From Octopus bimaculoides (lineage: Eukaryota), in NCBI RefSeq assembly GCF_001194135.2, contig NC_068982.1, forward strand, positions 95,291,917 through 95,355,916: 64,000 bases of DNA, written 5' to 3'. Position numbers and translations under genes: made by a program. Positions 25,836 to 38,139 of the stretch are shown piece by piece; positions within the stretch are counted from its first letter, which is position 1, and each line of letters begins with the position of its first letter. Below the pieces are notes generated by a model. That model was not told where the DNA came from. It ran no database searches and saw nothing but the letters and a program-made list of their open reading frames with translations.

Positions 25836-26217
25836 GTGGAGGCGCAATGGCCCAGTGGTTAGGGCAGCGGACTCGCGGTCATAGGATCGCGGTTTCGATT
25901 CCCAGACCAGGCGTTGTGAGTGTTTATTGATTGAAAACACCTAAAGCTCCACGAGGCTCCGGCAGGGGATGGTGGCGAACCCTACTGTACTCTTTCACCA
26001 CAACTTTCTCTCACTCTTACTTCCTGTTTCTGTTGTGCCTGTAATTCAAAGGGTCAGCCTTGTCACACTGTGTCACGCTGAATATCCCCAAGAACTACGT
26101 TAAGGGTACAAGTGTCTGTGGGGCTCAGCCACTTGCACGTTAATTTCACGAGCAGGCTGTTCCGTTGATCGGATCAACTGGAACCCTCGACGTCGTAAGC
26201 GACGGAGTGCCAACAAC
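25836..26217 (+). mobile_element. Young full-length tRNA-derived SINE (head A, tail X) with TSD
   Basis: A box TGGCCCAGTGG, B box GGTTTCGATTCC, ending in CAACAAC. Flanked by GTTTTAGCA on both sides (25827-25835 and 26218-26226). Confidence 0.9.
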
Positions 26218-27074
26218 GTTTTAGCAAGGTCCCTATTTAAAATGGGAAATATGCACAAAAGATGCGTAGTATAAATTCCTTTTACAAGTTCAGTTTGAGT
26301 ATGATCTGTAGTCCACAAAGCCTTTTTAGAAAATTCCAAACTACAAAAGTTTTGTAAATAGCTGGAACGTTTTTGAATAGAGAAACAAGCGTTAAGGCAA
26401 TTAAATGTGACAGAACTGTACCGAAGGGAGGTAAGCATTGCTGAACAATGCGTAACTCAACCAAACAACTGATAAGGGGAACAACTTAACCTCCAATTTA
26501 CTAAAACAGAAAATCTGTTATTTGGTGAGTGGAAATGGAGGTGGGATCTTCATCAGAGATAGTGACAACTTTGTTGTTGTTGTTGTTGTTTAGTCCTAAG
26601 GCTGACTCTAGCAATCCAGTCATGACCATATTTAAGAAGGATGTTTAGGAGTGCTCTTTCCAATTTTATGCAGATTTGTTGTAAAACTGATGGAGATTTG
26701 CTAATTCTGGCAGTTTATACACCCAGGCGAAAAGCACGTAGTTGATTCATATTGTAATTCTGATGGCGGCAGAGTAAAACATGAGCAAATAAGACAGGGC
26801 TTTTCGTGAATGCTTGAAACCAAATCTCCCTCAAACCACATCTTACGGTCTTAAAAAGCCAAGGACGCATTAAAGAATACAGTATGGTTACGGCTGGGTT
26901 GCTTTTCATGATAGATCAGTTATATCCGGATTGAACAGAAATAGGATTAAACGGTGGAAGGGAGGGAAGCAGAAATCGGTAGTTCCTTTCACTGTGAGGA
27001 CGACTAGATAGTAATTTTAATGAATCTTGAAAAAAATAGGCTCCATGGAAGCCTTCCTCGATAAATTGGGTAGT

Positions 27075-27817
27075 CTTAGTAAATGCCTGCTTGTATGGAT
27101 TCGTGAATGCCTGCTTAGTAAATGCCTGCTTGTACAGTTGTACACACAGATATCACAGATATAAAGCACAGATATCACTGCTTGTCTGTGTTTAGTACTG
27201 TGTTTAACTTGCTGTTGTTGCTTAGTCCAAGGTTAGTCTAATTACGAGTACACTTCGGTTCAAAGGCGTTCCAGTTGTGACCAGCCAACATTTTAGGGTT
27301 CTCCAGGACTCCATTATCCTTGGTACTAAAATAATCCTTACGACCAAGAATCCACATCGGACTATGAGCACAGGACAAATAGAATCCGCGTGTAACTGTG
27401 AAAGGAGATTCTCCACTGTATACAGCATAAAGATCTTCAGGTCGGAAAAGGGATGTGCAAGGACTCTATTGAATGAGCAACAGCGCATTCTCCAGCATAT
27501 AAGGTGTCGGAAAAACAAAGCCAGAACTAGCACCACAGTGTCAAGGACGTCCATTTTGTTTGATATTAAAGGAAGAATTTGTACAGGCTCTTGAGACCAG
27601 ACGCTGTAAGCTCAACTTGTCACCTGCAAGTCCAAAAGAAGAATGCGAGACATTGTAGCGAGAAATAATCCAGAAATTGAATATGTTCATAGGGAAGAGC
27701 ACTCTGGAACACGAGCTAGCCACATTCGAGGACATTGTCTATACTATATGCAGAGACGCTTATGCCGTTAGAGATTCAAAAGTGGAATCCCCTATCCTGA
27801 ATCCCAGACGCCAGTGA
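27075..27817 (+). mobile_element. 5' portion of a HERO-like RLE non-LTR retrotransposon (copy 1)
   Basis: Collinear with 31972-32632. Encodes CNCERRFSTVYSIKIFRSEKGC, resembling the N-terminal C.CG..f....lkIH....C motif of HERO-like elements. Confidence 0.7.
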
Positions 27818-28105
27818 GAGAAAGTGAGAGACAGACAGACATATAGACAGATAGACATATAGACAGACAGACACAGAGACAGACAGAAGACAGACAGAGG
27901 CAGTAAGCAAGAATCCTTCTATCAACGTTTTGTTCAGAAATAAGTGTACGACGCAGCTCGTCAATGGAGTGTGCCCCCTTCACTTTGATCTCGGGTGTTA
28001 GTATCATCTACATTTTATTTCTTTCAGTCATAGGAGAGTGGTTATCACGGAGCACCGCCATGAAGGGTTCAAGCGGACAAATCAACTCCAGCACATTTTT
28101 TTAAA

Positions 28106-28143
<38 letters not shown>

Positions 28144-28538
28144 NNNNNNNNNNNNNNNNNNNNNNNNNNNNNNNNNNNNNNNNNNNNNNNNNNNNNNNNN
28201 NNNNNNNNNNNNNNNNNNNNNNNNNNNNNNNNNNNNNNNNNNNNNNNNNNNNNNNNNNNNNNNNNNNNNNNNNNNNNNNNNNNNNNNNNNNNNNNNNNNN
28301 NNNNNNNNNNNNNNNNNNNNNNNNNNNNNNNNNNNNNNNNNNNNNNNNNNNNNNNNNNNNNNNNNNNNNNNNNNNNNNNNNNNNNNNNNNNNNNNNNNNN
28401 NNNNNNNNNNNNNNNNNNNNNNNGACTCATATTGTCGTTGAATGTTCGAAATGAAAAGTATATAGACAGCCGACAACTGATGACGGGTCTTTTCTCTGTG
28501 TTTACTTGTCCTGTTTTTTAAAAATATTTTCTCGTTAT

Positions 28539-28840
28539 GTGGAGGCGCGATGGCCCAGTGTTATGGGCAGCGGATTCGTGGTCGGAGGATCGCAGTTTCG
28601 ATTCCAAGACCAGGCGATGAGTGTGTTTATTGAGCGAAAACACCTAAAGGCTCCACGAGGCTCCGGCAGGGGGGGGTGACCCCTGCTGTACTCATTCGCC
28701 CCAACTTTCTCTCACTCTTTCTTCCTGTTTCTTGAGTAAAGATGCGATGGACTGGCGTCCCGACTAGTTGGGGGGAGCACATACGCCATAGAAACCGGGA
28801 AAACAGGCCCATGAGACTGGTTAGGTTTTAAAAGGGCGCA
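28539..28840 (+). mobile_element. tRNA-derived SINE (head A, tail Y)
   Basis: First about 190 nt match 25836 onward (GTGGAGGCGC.ATGGCCCAGTG...AAAACACCTAAAG...CTCCACGAGGCTCCGGCAGGGG). It then switches to GATGGACTGGCGTCCC...GAAACCGGGAAAAC. Confidence 0.85.
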
Positions 28841-30044
28841 AAAAATATTATATCATATTATATTATATTATATTATATTACATTATATTATATATTATTT
28901 ATTATTTAATTGAACGGGATGCATCTATTTCAAAGTAAGTTTATCTTCACCTTTTTGATGCGACTCCCCAATCTATAAAGTTTTTTTCCACCATCCTTCT
29001 CTAATTCCCTTTTTATGCCCCTCTCTCCTTCACCGTTTTCTATCTCTATCCCTCTCTCTCTCATTTTCTTGTGTTCTTTTTCTCTCTCTCTTGTTGCTCC
29101 CACGTGACCATCGGCCATCTTTCTTTTCCTACTTTACATACTACTTTACATACTTTACATACTACTTTACATACAACTGAGTAGGACTGAATCCGTAACC
29201 ATATCGTTGCAAAGCGATCTTCTTCACCACCAACCTTGTCGACATGAACTCGGTCTTATGGAAGGTCGGCATCTTTCAAATCTGATTAAATACTCTGGGT
29301 GTAACAAGAAAACTAAACTTTGAAGGTTTAATTTTCGCTGTAATCTTCACATTTTGCTGCAGTGAAATCCCAGAATTTGTAGTAGATAATGTAAAAGTTT
29401 AGGTGGTACATCATTCAGTGTATTACGTTAATGTGTAATACAGTGCGTTATAGAGTGTGTAACGTTCAAAGGGTTCTCACTCGATATGTCCAATCACAAT
29501 ATTCCAAATGGAGGATTTTGTTAATGAAAAGAACGCCTGTGTGCAAAACTTTATGGATATATATTTATATNNNNNNNNNNNNNNNNNNNNNNNNNNNNNN
29601 NNNNNNNNNNNNNNNNNNNNNNNNNNNNNNNNNNNNNNNNNNNNNNNNNNNNNNNNNNNNNNNNNNNNNNNNNNNNNNNNNNNNNNNNNNNNNNNNNNNG
29701 TTACTAGGAGAACCGATATTTTTTTAATGAATCGGAAGGTAAATAAATTTTAGGGGATGTAATCTGTGATTGAAATTATAAACAGCGGAGGTAATTACTC
29801 TTTTGTTTGGAAAATAAATTTGTTATGTGTAAATCAAAAAGATACATATTCATAAATAAAATATTTACATAGTCAGAAATCGATTATAAGTTCATATTAA
29901 GGCGCGGTTGATATTTTTCAACTGAAACAAAACACGCCACTTATTAATACAAATTTATCGTCTTCAGAATGAGTTAAGTACATTCTAAACGTAGATAAAA
30001 ATATAAGGCATTTTATATATTTTCAATTGCTCAGAAAAGAGAAA

Positions 30045-30260
30045 GTGGGCGCGCATGGCTTAAGCGCTGGATTGATGGTCGTAAGATTGTGATATCGAAT
30101 TCTGAACCAGGTGATGCGTTGTATTCTTGAACAAACATTTCATTTTCTGTTACTCTTGTCCACTCAGCTGGTAAAAATGAGTAATCTTGTGACGGACCGG
30201 CTTCCTGTCCAGGGAGGAATATACAAGCCAGAGAAACCAAGAAATCGGCCTTGTGTTCGT
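30045..30260 (+). mobile_element. tRNA-derived SINE (CORE-like middle, tail Y)
   Basis: GCGCATGGCTT head, GCGTTGTATTCTTGAACAAACA middle and GACGGACCGGCTTCCTGTCCAGGG...GAAACCAAGAAATCGGCC tail. Confidence 0.7.
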
Positions 30261-31769
30261 TCCGGAGTAATGTGGACAAACTTGTAACGAAACAAATTTG
30301 TCGAACACCGTCCTTTTCAAACAGGATTCAAACACAGCACTACAAATTTATGAAGTCTTTATTAATAATATGTTCTCAACTTTCAAAATAGTAAGCTATT
30401 TCAGCTTCAGTTGAGTGGAATTGTAAAGCGTTAAGTGTCTTTTAGAGATACTAACCTGTGTGATACTAACACTGCATGCTTCTTTATTTGATGATAACGA
30501 GTTGACTTCAGTTTGATTTGAACTCAAGAAATTTAGATTACAAATAACAACAATTATAGTATAAAGTCCAGCATCTCCTAAATGATTCATCTCAATTCCT
30601 ATAAAAACAATTAGATTATAGTTATTCTCATTGGAAAAAATAATCACCATTTTAAGTAGCAAATAAAAGAAACGCCATTTAAACTATAATTAAATTTTAA
30701 AATTTCTTTGTAAGAATCTTTCCTTTGTAACACGGAAAAAGTTCTATTAATGGTTGTATAAGAATTAAATTGTAATGCTTCCTGTTCTTTCTTTTCTTTT
30801 CTTTCTCAGTTATACTGGTACACATCTTGGCTTTATACTTTTATTTATCACGATAAAAATAACGTGTTAATTAGAATTCCTTTATAATCGTGTATACTAA
30901 TGTTACGTAGAGACATTCCTGCCTTTCCAAATTGTGAATTAAGTAGTTTTCAAAACGTATATCGATAGTGGTTTGTATAAATATTTCCAGTTGGTTCGTA
31001 GTATTTTCGTCCTTTTACTTAAATAGCTTATATCTTAAATCGACTTCGAGGAAATATTTACACAATAAGTAGTAGAATGGTAGTATGAAGGAGAACTATG
31101 GCTGTATTTAAGATAAAGGAGCTCAACGATAATAGTTCTATTGAATATTTATATTTTAAAATGGAGTCCACTTTTTCTTGGCTGATTTATTCTAAATGAC
31201 AATCGATTGGTAGATTTCACTTCAACTTATAAATAAGTTAGTGCTGGCTGTTTCATGTGAACTACGTTACCATCATCTTATCAATATTACAGTGCTCTTG
31301 GTGAGCCAGCCAACAAGCGAGCCTCTATTCAAACTTAAGGAAAAAAGCAGCCAAATTACCCATAAATCAAACTTTATTCTCTTTAACAAAATACATAATA
31401 CTGCATTGGGTAATGTAGTGTTAGATGCACATTGATTAAAAAAAAATTAGATGAGATATTCATGGCGAGAACGTTTTCAGTCATAAGTTTGCTCTGCCAG
31501 CCTCCACCTGAACATAAATAACTACAACAGGCTAACGAAAGAACCGCTATGAAATTGCTCGACGTGCGAGAAATAAGCCTCAAATATACATCAAATCACA
31601 CCCAGCATCGTAAATAGTGAAATCCTAAATACACCGTTATGCCTATGAAAACAAATTGCAAATACATTTGATCATAGGTCTGCCAGATTAAGTCTCACTC
31701 GGGTACTATAAGCTGCTGCTGCTATTATTGCTGCTTCTGATGCTGCTGCTACTACTACTACTACTAATA

Positions 31770-31820
<51 letters not shown>

Positions 31821-31971
31821 CTACTTTATCTTATTATTGTTAATAGACCATGAGTCAATAGAATCTGATCGAGAGTTTGTTTCGTTCTGAGAATGAGCAG
31901 ATTGTAATTTCAATGGATCTTAAAGAAAAATAATTTCAAAGTAAGTCTTCCTCGATAAAATGGGTAACTTT

Positions 31972-33660
31972 AGTAAATGCCTGCTTTACATTGGCTGTGT
32001 ACAGTTGTACACAGACAGTGTAAGGCACTATAATACACACAAATCTAACTGCCTGTTTGTGCTTAGTACTGTGATTAACCTGCTGTTGTTGCTGCTGTTG
32101 TTGCTGCTGTTGTTTAGTCCAAGGCCAGACTTAAATAAGTGCACCTTGGATAAAAGGCGTTCTAGTCGTGACCAACCAACATTTTAGGGCTATCAAGGAC
32201 TACATTATCCCTGGTACTAAAATAATCCTTACGACCAAGAATCCACATTGAGCTACGAGCACAGGACAAATGGAATTCGTATGTAACTGTAAAAAGAGAT
32301 TCTCCACTGTGTGTGGCACAGCAGCGCATTCTCCAGTATATAAAATGTTGGAAAAACAAAGCCAGAACTAGCACCACAGTACCAAGGATATCCATACTGT
32401 TGATTTAAAAGAAGAATTTGTACAGGCTCTTGAGACCAGAGCTGTAAGCTCAATTTGCCGCCTGCAAGTGCAAAAGAAGAATGCTAGACACTGTACTAGA
32501 AAATAGTCGTCCAGAAACTGAATATGTTCATAGGGAGGGGCACTCTAGAACACAAGCTAGACATTGTTTATACAATCTACATAGACGCCTATGGCGTAAG
32601 AATGTCAAAAATGAAAATCCAGACGCCAGTGAGATATGATAACATCCAGAGGAAGAAATAAGATTCGAAGAAACAGCTGAAAGTTTTTCGGAATTTAAGA
32701 AACAAGGAGTAGAAAAGCTCTGGAGAAACTGCAGAACGAGGCATAGTGCTCTCAGTAAAACAGAAGCAGAAAAGAAGCAGAAAAGAAGCAGAAAGGAAAA
32801 TATACGAGATTCCCTTTTCAGCGATTCCTTCTAATTTGTCAGGAACTATTCGAGCAGCCAAAATCTTGGACACTTCCAGTAGACAAAGAAGTTATTGGGT
32901 AGTATCATAAGAAAACATTCAGACTCACAGAACGATACGTCACTTCCAATCCAGGATCTTGTATTGTTTGCTTTGCCAGGAGAATTGTGCGATGACAAAC
33001 TACCAACACTTGGTGAAGTAAGGAAGAAAACCAGAGCCAAACCATCACCAGAGCCAAACGGAATATCCTACCCGTTGTACAGGAGATGTCCCAGTGTCCT
33101 TGAGTGGATCCACAATATGATATGGCCAGCATGGGAGAACTTGATGATCAGTGACCAATGGATGAAGGCCGAAGAAGTATACATTCCGAAAGAGCAGAAC
33201 TCAAGCGACATAAGCCAATTCAGACCAATATCATTTCTGAATGCTGAAGGAAAAAAATCTTCTTTCTTATGGCAGCAAGGCCAAATAAATATCTCACAGA
33301 GAATATGTGCTTGGATATGTCAGTTCAGAAGGAAGGCATTTTTGGAGTGTCAGGTTGTAGAACAGGCTTTAATGATTTTGAAAGCAATCCAAAGAGCGAA
33401 CGCAGAAATGAGAGACCTTGATGTGATATGGCTCGATGTGGAGAAAGCCCACAATTCGACCCTCCACCCAAAAAGATGATTTAAGTAACTCCTGAAATGA
33501 ATCATCTTCCAAAGAACATCCGTGGTTTCTCAATTCGATTTTACATAAATGAGTACACCAGAGAGTATGTCTGGATCAGTTTGGAAGTGGGCAAAGCAAT
33601 GAGATGTTCAATCTCCCCTATATTGCTTGTGTTGGCAATGTAGGTCATCCAGAAGGCAGC
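31972..33660 (+). mobile_element. Degenerate HERO-like RLE non-LTR retrotransposon, 5' UTR to mid-RT
   Basis: ORF 32895-33479 has KPSPEPNGISYPLYRRCPSVLEW..WMKAEEVYIPKEQNSSDISQFRPISFLNAEGK and LDVIWLDVEKAH, HERO/R2-type RT motifs (SAPGP.G..Y..YK.CP; AEG..IPKE.NS..I.QFR.ISLL). A CSISP remnant lies near 33605. Confidence 0.85.
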
Positions 33661-33764
33661 AGTGGAATGGTCAGCTGGTTCTCGTCGAGAAGGCTCTGAG
33701 TGAGTCGTTGTTGTAGCATTGACTTTGCACTGCAGTCAATAATATTAAGCGACTACATTTAAGG

Positions 33765-33990
33765 CGGGGAGCTGACGGAATTGTTCGCATGCCAGGAAAA
33801 CTAATGCTTAGTAGTATTTTATCCGTGTTCACGTTCTAAGATCAAATGTCACCGAGGTCGGCTTTGCTTTTCATCTTTTTGGGGTTGATAAAATAAGTAC
33901 CAGTTGAGAATTTGTGGGCGGGGTCGATGTAATCGACTTACCCTATCCCTTGAAATTGCTGGCCTCGTGCCGAAATTTGAAACTAATATT
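33765..33990 (+). mobile_element. tRNA-derived SINE
   Basis: AAGGCGGGAGCTGACGGAA head, GAGGTCGGCTTTGCTTTTCATC...GGGTTGATAAAATAAGTACCAG middle and GAAATTGCTGGCCTCGTGCCGAAATTTGAAAC tail. Confidence 0.85.
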
Positions 33991-34020
33991 AATAGACTAA
34001 GCGACTCACTACGCATGTGT

Positions 34021-34071
<51 letters not shown>

Positions 34072-34359
34072 TGTGCGTGTGTGCATGATCGTGTATGCAC
34101 GTTCATGTGTGCACGCGCGCGGGTGTACTTATGAGTATTTGTGTTCATGTACTTGGGATGAATGTGTGTATTTGTTATCGTTTGCAAACGGAAGAAAAAG
34201 AACGCAAAACATTCTGAACAATACATACCTATTAGGAAGCATTTGAAATTTAGCTCCGCTCTTACACAGAGCTTCGCACTTTGCGCGGTCGTTCCAGCAA
34301 TTATGAATAGACTAAACCACACGGAAGTAAGTTATTGGTCCTCTCCTTGAATCTATGTA

Positions 34360-34740
34360 TATGCATTGTATCTTTTACTTGTTTCAGTCATTGGACTGCG
34401 GCCACACTAAATGGTTTCAGTCGGGCAAATCGACCCCATGACGTATTTCTAAGTCAGGCACTTATTTTATCGGTCTTTTGCCAAACTAAGTAACAGGGAC
34501 TTAAACAAAACAAAACTGGTTGTCAAACGGTGGGTTGGGACAAATACAGACACAACGACATGCACACATACGCACACATATACACGACAGGGTTCCACAC
34601 AGTTTCCATCTTGCAAATTTACACGACATTGTTCGGTCCGGGTCTATAGTAGAAGACACTTGCCAAAGATGCTTCGCAGTTTCAACCGAACTCGAAACGG
34701 CGTGATTCCAAAAGGAGATTCTTAACCACACAGCTATACC
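34360..34740 (-). mobile_element. Near full-length CORE-like tRNA SINE with internal (CA)n
   Basis: Runs from TCTTTTACTTGTTTCAGTCATTGGACTGCGGCC through CTATAGTAGAAGACACTTGCCAAAG to TTAACCACACAGC. Segments are shared with 22680, 24295 and 51945. Confidence 0.8.
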
Positions 34741-36055
34741 TGAGCCTATATGTGGGTGTGTGTTTGCAAGCGTGCGTGTGTATGTGTGTCTAATTTTAAC
34801 GTAAGATATTTCTCATAACCAGACATGTTTTCATGATACCAACAGTTTAATTCGAAAATGAAACTTTGGAAGTCTCAATAACGGGAAATGAATAGATTTA
34901 AGACCATTTAAAAAAACAGATTGACAAGGAAATGTGAAAAGTACTACAGATCAAAATTGAACACTTTCGTATGTACTTAAACGAAAAGCTATTTGTTCTC
35001 TATTAACATAAACGTGTGTATGTGTGCGTGTGTGTACGTGTGTGTGTGCGCGTATGCGTGTGTGTGTTATGTCTGCATATGTGTGCGTTTGTGTATCTAA
35101 CTGCATGTTTTTGTGTATAGCTGTGTAAATTGGTACTAACACCAAGAAATGTAACGTAGCCGTTCGATAATTTACAGATCGATAAAGTAAGTAATTCACT
35201 TAAATAAGTACTGGTGCTTATATGAACGTCTAAAACCGTATTTCACAAGTGTTACTCCAGCACGGCCGCAGTTCAGACACTGAAACCAATGAAACAATGA
35301 AAGGATTATATATTGCCCAGATAATTACCTGTCTTAGAATTGCTTATTATGTGTTTTGTATGCGATTTACTATTTACATTAAGCTGGTTATTTAAGAGAT
35401 TTACAAAACAGAAACGGAAATATATAAATTTACAAGACAGCAGTGTCACACAGATTTACTTTCACCGAATATAACTTCGGTTTCTTGTGTATTTTGCCTC
35501 TAACTTTATTTTATTATTCCGGCCATAGAACAAGATATACTAATGGGATGTGCATTGATCTTAGAGAATGGATACATGTAAAGAAAGGCAACAGATATAC
35601 TGTGATATTGATATGTCTGAAACAATTCAATATCAAGGCTATCTTCTGGATTCCTGGAATTGATAAAAGCTATATGAAGCATGATCTGCATAATTTCTTG
35701 ATAGTATCGTTGTTCTTTGATGACGAAGTGGATAGTTACAGCAAACATTGTTGATGATTATGAAGAGAAGGTGGTGGTGGTGGTGGTGGGGAGGGGTTCA
35801 CAATGATTATGATGATGATGATGATGGTGTGTGTATGTGTGCCTGTGCATGATGGGAATGATTAGGAGGAGGATGTTGATGATGCTGGTGTTGAGGAAGA
35901 CGACGAGGCCAAGTACGACGACGGCGATTATGCAAAGGAGGAAGAAATGCAGTAGCGGAGGAGGATTCTGATGACATTGATAAGTTCTTTTTCTGAAAAT
36001 CAGTCTCACAACAGCAACAATAACAACAACAATAATAATAATAATAATAATAATT

Positions 36056-36425
36056 TTACGTGTACGTGATAAAGAGCTGGAAATGGTGGAAAAATATAAA
36101 TTATTAAAAGACGAAATTGCTAGTATGTGAGCAATGAGGAGAGTAACTGTTATCCCAGTAATTGTAGGTGCAGACTAAGCACTAATATATCGGAGAAATG
36201 GAATTGACATGAGGGAAGAGCATGGCCCCCAAAACTGCTCTATTGAGGACAGTTAGGATTTTGAGATTGGAGCTTGGGTAATGAAGGTCTTCCACGATAT
36301 TTTAAAATCCAAGCACCGAGTTTTATAATTTGCGGGATGAGACCCTGTGAAACCCCTGACAACAGGTTGCAGTCTACTTTCACAGACGCAACCAGAGCAA
36401 ATAAGACAGAGAGCTCTGAGAAGTA
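36056..36425 (+). mobile_element. 5'-truncated R4/Dong-like element (RLE end plus 3' UTR) between (AAT)n tracts
   Basis: RDKELEMVEKYKLLKDEIASM*AMRRVTVIPVIVGA and KTALLRTVRILR match the KE.EK..KY..L..E...W....viPvvvGALG and KtaLLGTarILR motifs. (AAT)n lies on both sides. Confidence 0.75.
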
Positions 36426-36491
<66 letters not shown>

Positions 36492-36636
36492 CATCAACTA
36501 GTACTTATTCTATCGACTCCGAAAGGGAAACTCAACCTCGGCGGAATTTGAACTCAGAACCTGAAGACGGACGAAATACTGCCAAGCATTTCACCCGGCA
36601 TGCTAACGATACTGCCAGCTCACTACCTAAATAATA

Positions 36637-36761
36637 ATGAGGAGAAGGAGAAGAAGAAGAAGAAGAAGAAGAAGAAGAAGAAGAAGAAGAAGAAGAAGAA
36701 GAAGAAGAAGAAGAAGAAGAAGAAGAAGAAGAAGAAGAAGAAGAAGAAGAAGAAGAAGAAG

Positions 36762-36827
<66 letters not shown>
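36637..36827. repeat. Compound microsatellite (AAG)n(AAC)n
   Basis: Perfect AAG run of about 115 bp abutting an AAC run of about 65 bp. It is the source of the poly-K/N/R/T/L/V ORFs. Confidence 0.98.
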
Positions 36828-36828
<1 letters not shown>

Positions 36829-37029
36829 TGGACGTACACTAAGAAGCTCTCTCGACAAAGAATTAATCCAATAACGTCGGTGCAGTGGAAGGAAAACGTC
36901 GCAATACAACTTGTGAGAAATTTTCTGTTAACCCAAAGGAACTAAAAAAAATCGAAAAGATTTTTATTAAATAGTGTAGTTTCTTTATTAAATGCGCGGA
37001 AATGTCAATGTGGCATACGCAAGACGTCG

Positions 37030-37440
37030 AGACTGTACGGTCAGTTTGCAAAAGATGTGAGCGCAATGACAAATACAGGGGACCAGTGGCTATGGATGAG
37101 GAGGCGTGTCCTGGAGATAGAAGTACTCATATGCGCAGCTCAGGAACAAGCGTTAAGTACCAATTATATGAAGTGCAGAATTGACAACAGTACTGATAGC
37201 GACAAATGCAGAATGTGCGGTGAGAGGGGTGAAACAGTATGGCACACCGTTTGCGAATGCCCGAAATTGGCATAACGCGAATCTAAACGACGCCATGAGA
37301 ATGTGGCAAAATGATCCGTTGGGAGCTCTGTGGAAATCACGGCCTAGAAAGAGCAAACCCCAGAAGGTGTCACCGAAAATGAGAAGTGCAAAATACTGTG
37401 GGATGTAATGATCCAATGCGATCACCTGACCAGACATAGT
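37030..37440 (+). mobile_element. R4/Dong-like RLE element internal fragment (CCHC zinc-knuckle region)
   Basis: WLWMRR..LEIEVLICAAQEQALSTNYMKCRIDNSTDSDKCRMCGERGETVWHTVCECPKLA*RESKRRHENVAK and ENEKCKILWD. Confidence 0.9.
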
Positions 37441-37671
37441 GCTTTCAAACTAGTCGATTACTTTCGCTATACCAACCTGACAAAGAACAAAAAAAGTATT
37501 ATATCCCATCAGTGGCTACAGGAGACACTCTGTTAAAAAAAAATCAACTCGAGTATCAACAAAGTACATCAGCCATACTATAACAAAATGCAGAGAAACA
37601 TATTGTTGCAAAGAGAACATATTCAAACCTTTCTTTATGTCCATAGTAACTGTTTTAGTGAGACATTTTCT

Positions 37672-37905
37672 TATTTCTTTATTGCCCACAAGGGGCTAAA
37701 CACAGAGGGGACAAACAAGGACAGACAAAGGGATTAAATTCGATTTCAGCGACCCCCAGTGCGTAACTGGTACTTAATTTATCGACCCCGAAAGGATGAA
37801 AGTCAAAGTCGACCTCGACGGAATTTGAACTCAGAACGTAACGACAGACGAAATACCGCTAAGCATTTAGCCCGGCGTGCTAACGTTTCTACCAGCTCGC
37901 CACCA
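37672..37905 (-). mobile_element. Young full-length tRNA-derived SINE with a perfect 17-bp TSD
   Basis: Minus-strand head GGTGGCGAGCTGGTAGAAACGTTAGCAC and B box GAGTTCAAATTCC. TTAGTGAGACATTTTCT occurs at 37655-37671 and 37906-37922. Confidence 0.93.
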
Positions 37906-38139
37906 TTAGTGAGACATTTTCTGCCTACTCTTTTGCTTAATATTGATGTAATTAACAAATACAACTATAGGGGTACACATTTTCATTTATATCCTGTATA
38001 TGAATAAAATATTTAAAAAGAAAAATACCGAGTTGAAACACTTATAACATTAAAAAAATGAATTATTAACGACGGAAGCGGTAATTTTGCGATTCTCTAA
38101 AAGTAGTTTTATTGAAACAAAATTTGGCTATTGAACTAT

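Noticed and set aside
25836-25910. tRNA gene (also other A/B-box heads)
   Set aside because: The A and B boxes continue into SINE bodies and tails, and no complete cloverleaf is present.
35443-35754. Overlapping 103-aa and 80-aa ORFs on opposite strands
   Set aside because: No recognisable motif or convincing splice pair; the length is within chance expectation.
36600-36945. Poly-K/N/R/T/L/V/S/C ORFs
   Set aside because: Translations of the (AAG)n(AAC)n microsatellite in all frames; no evidence of coding.
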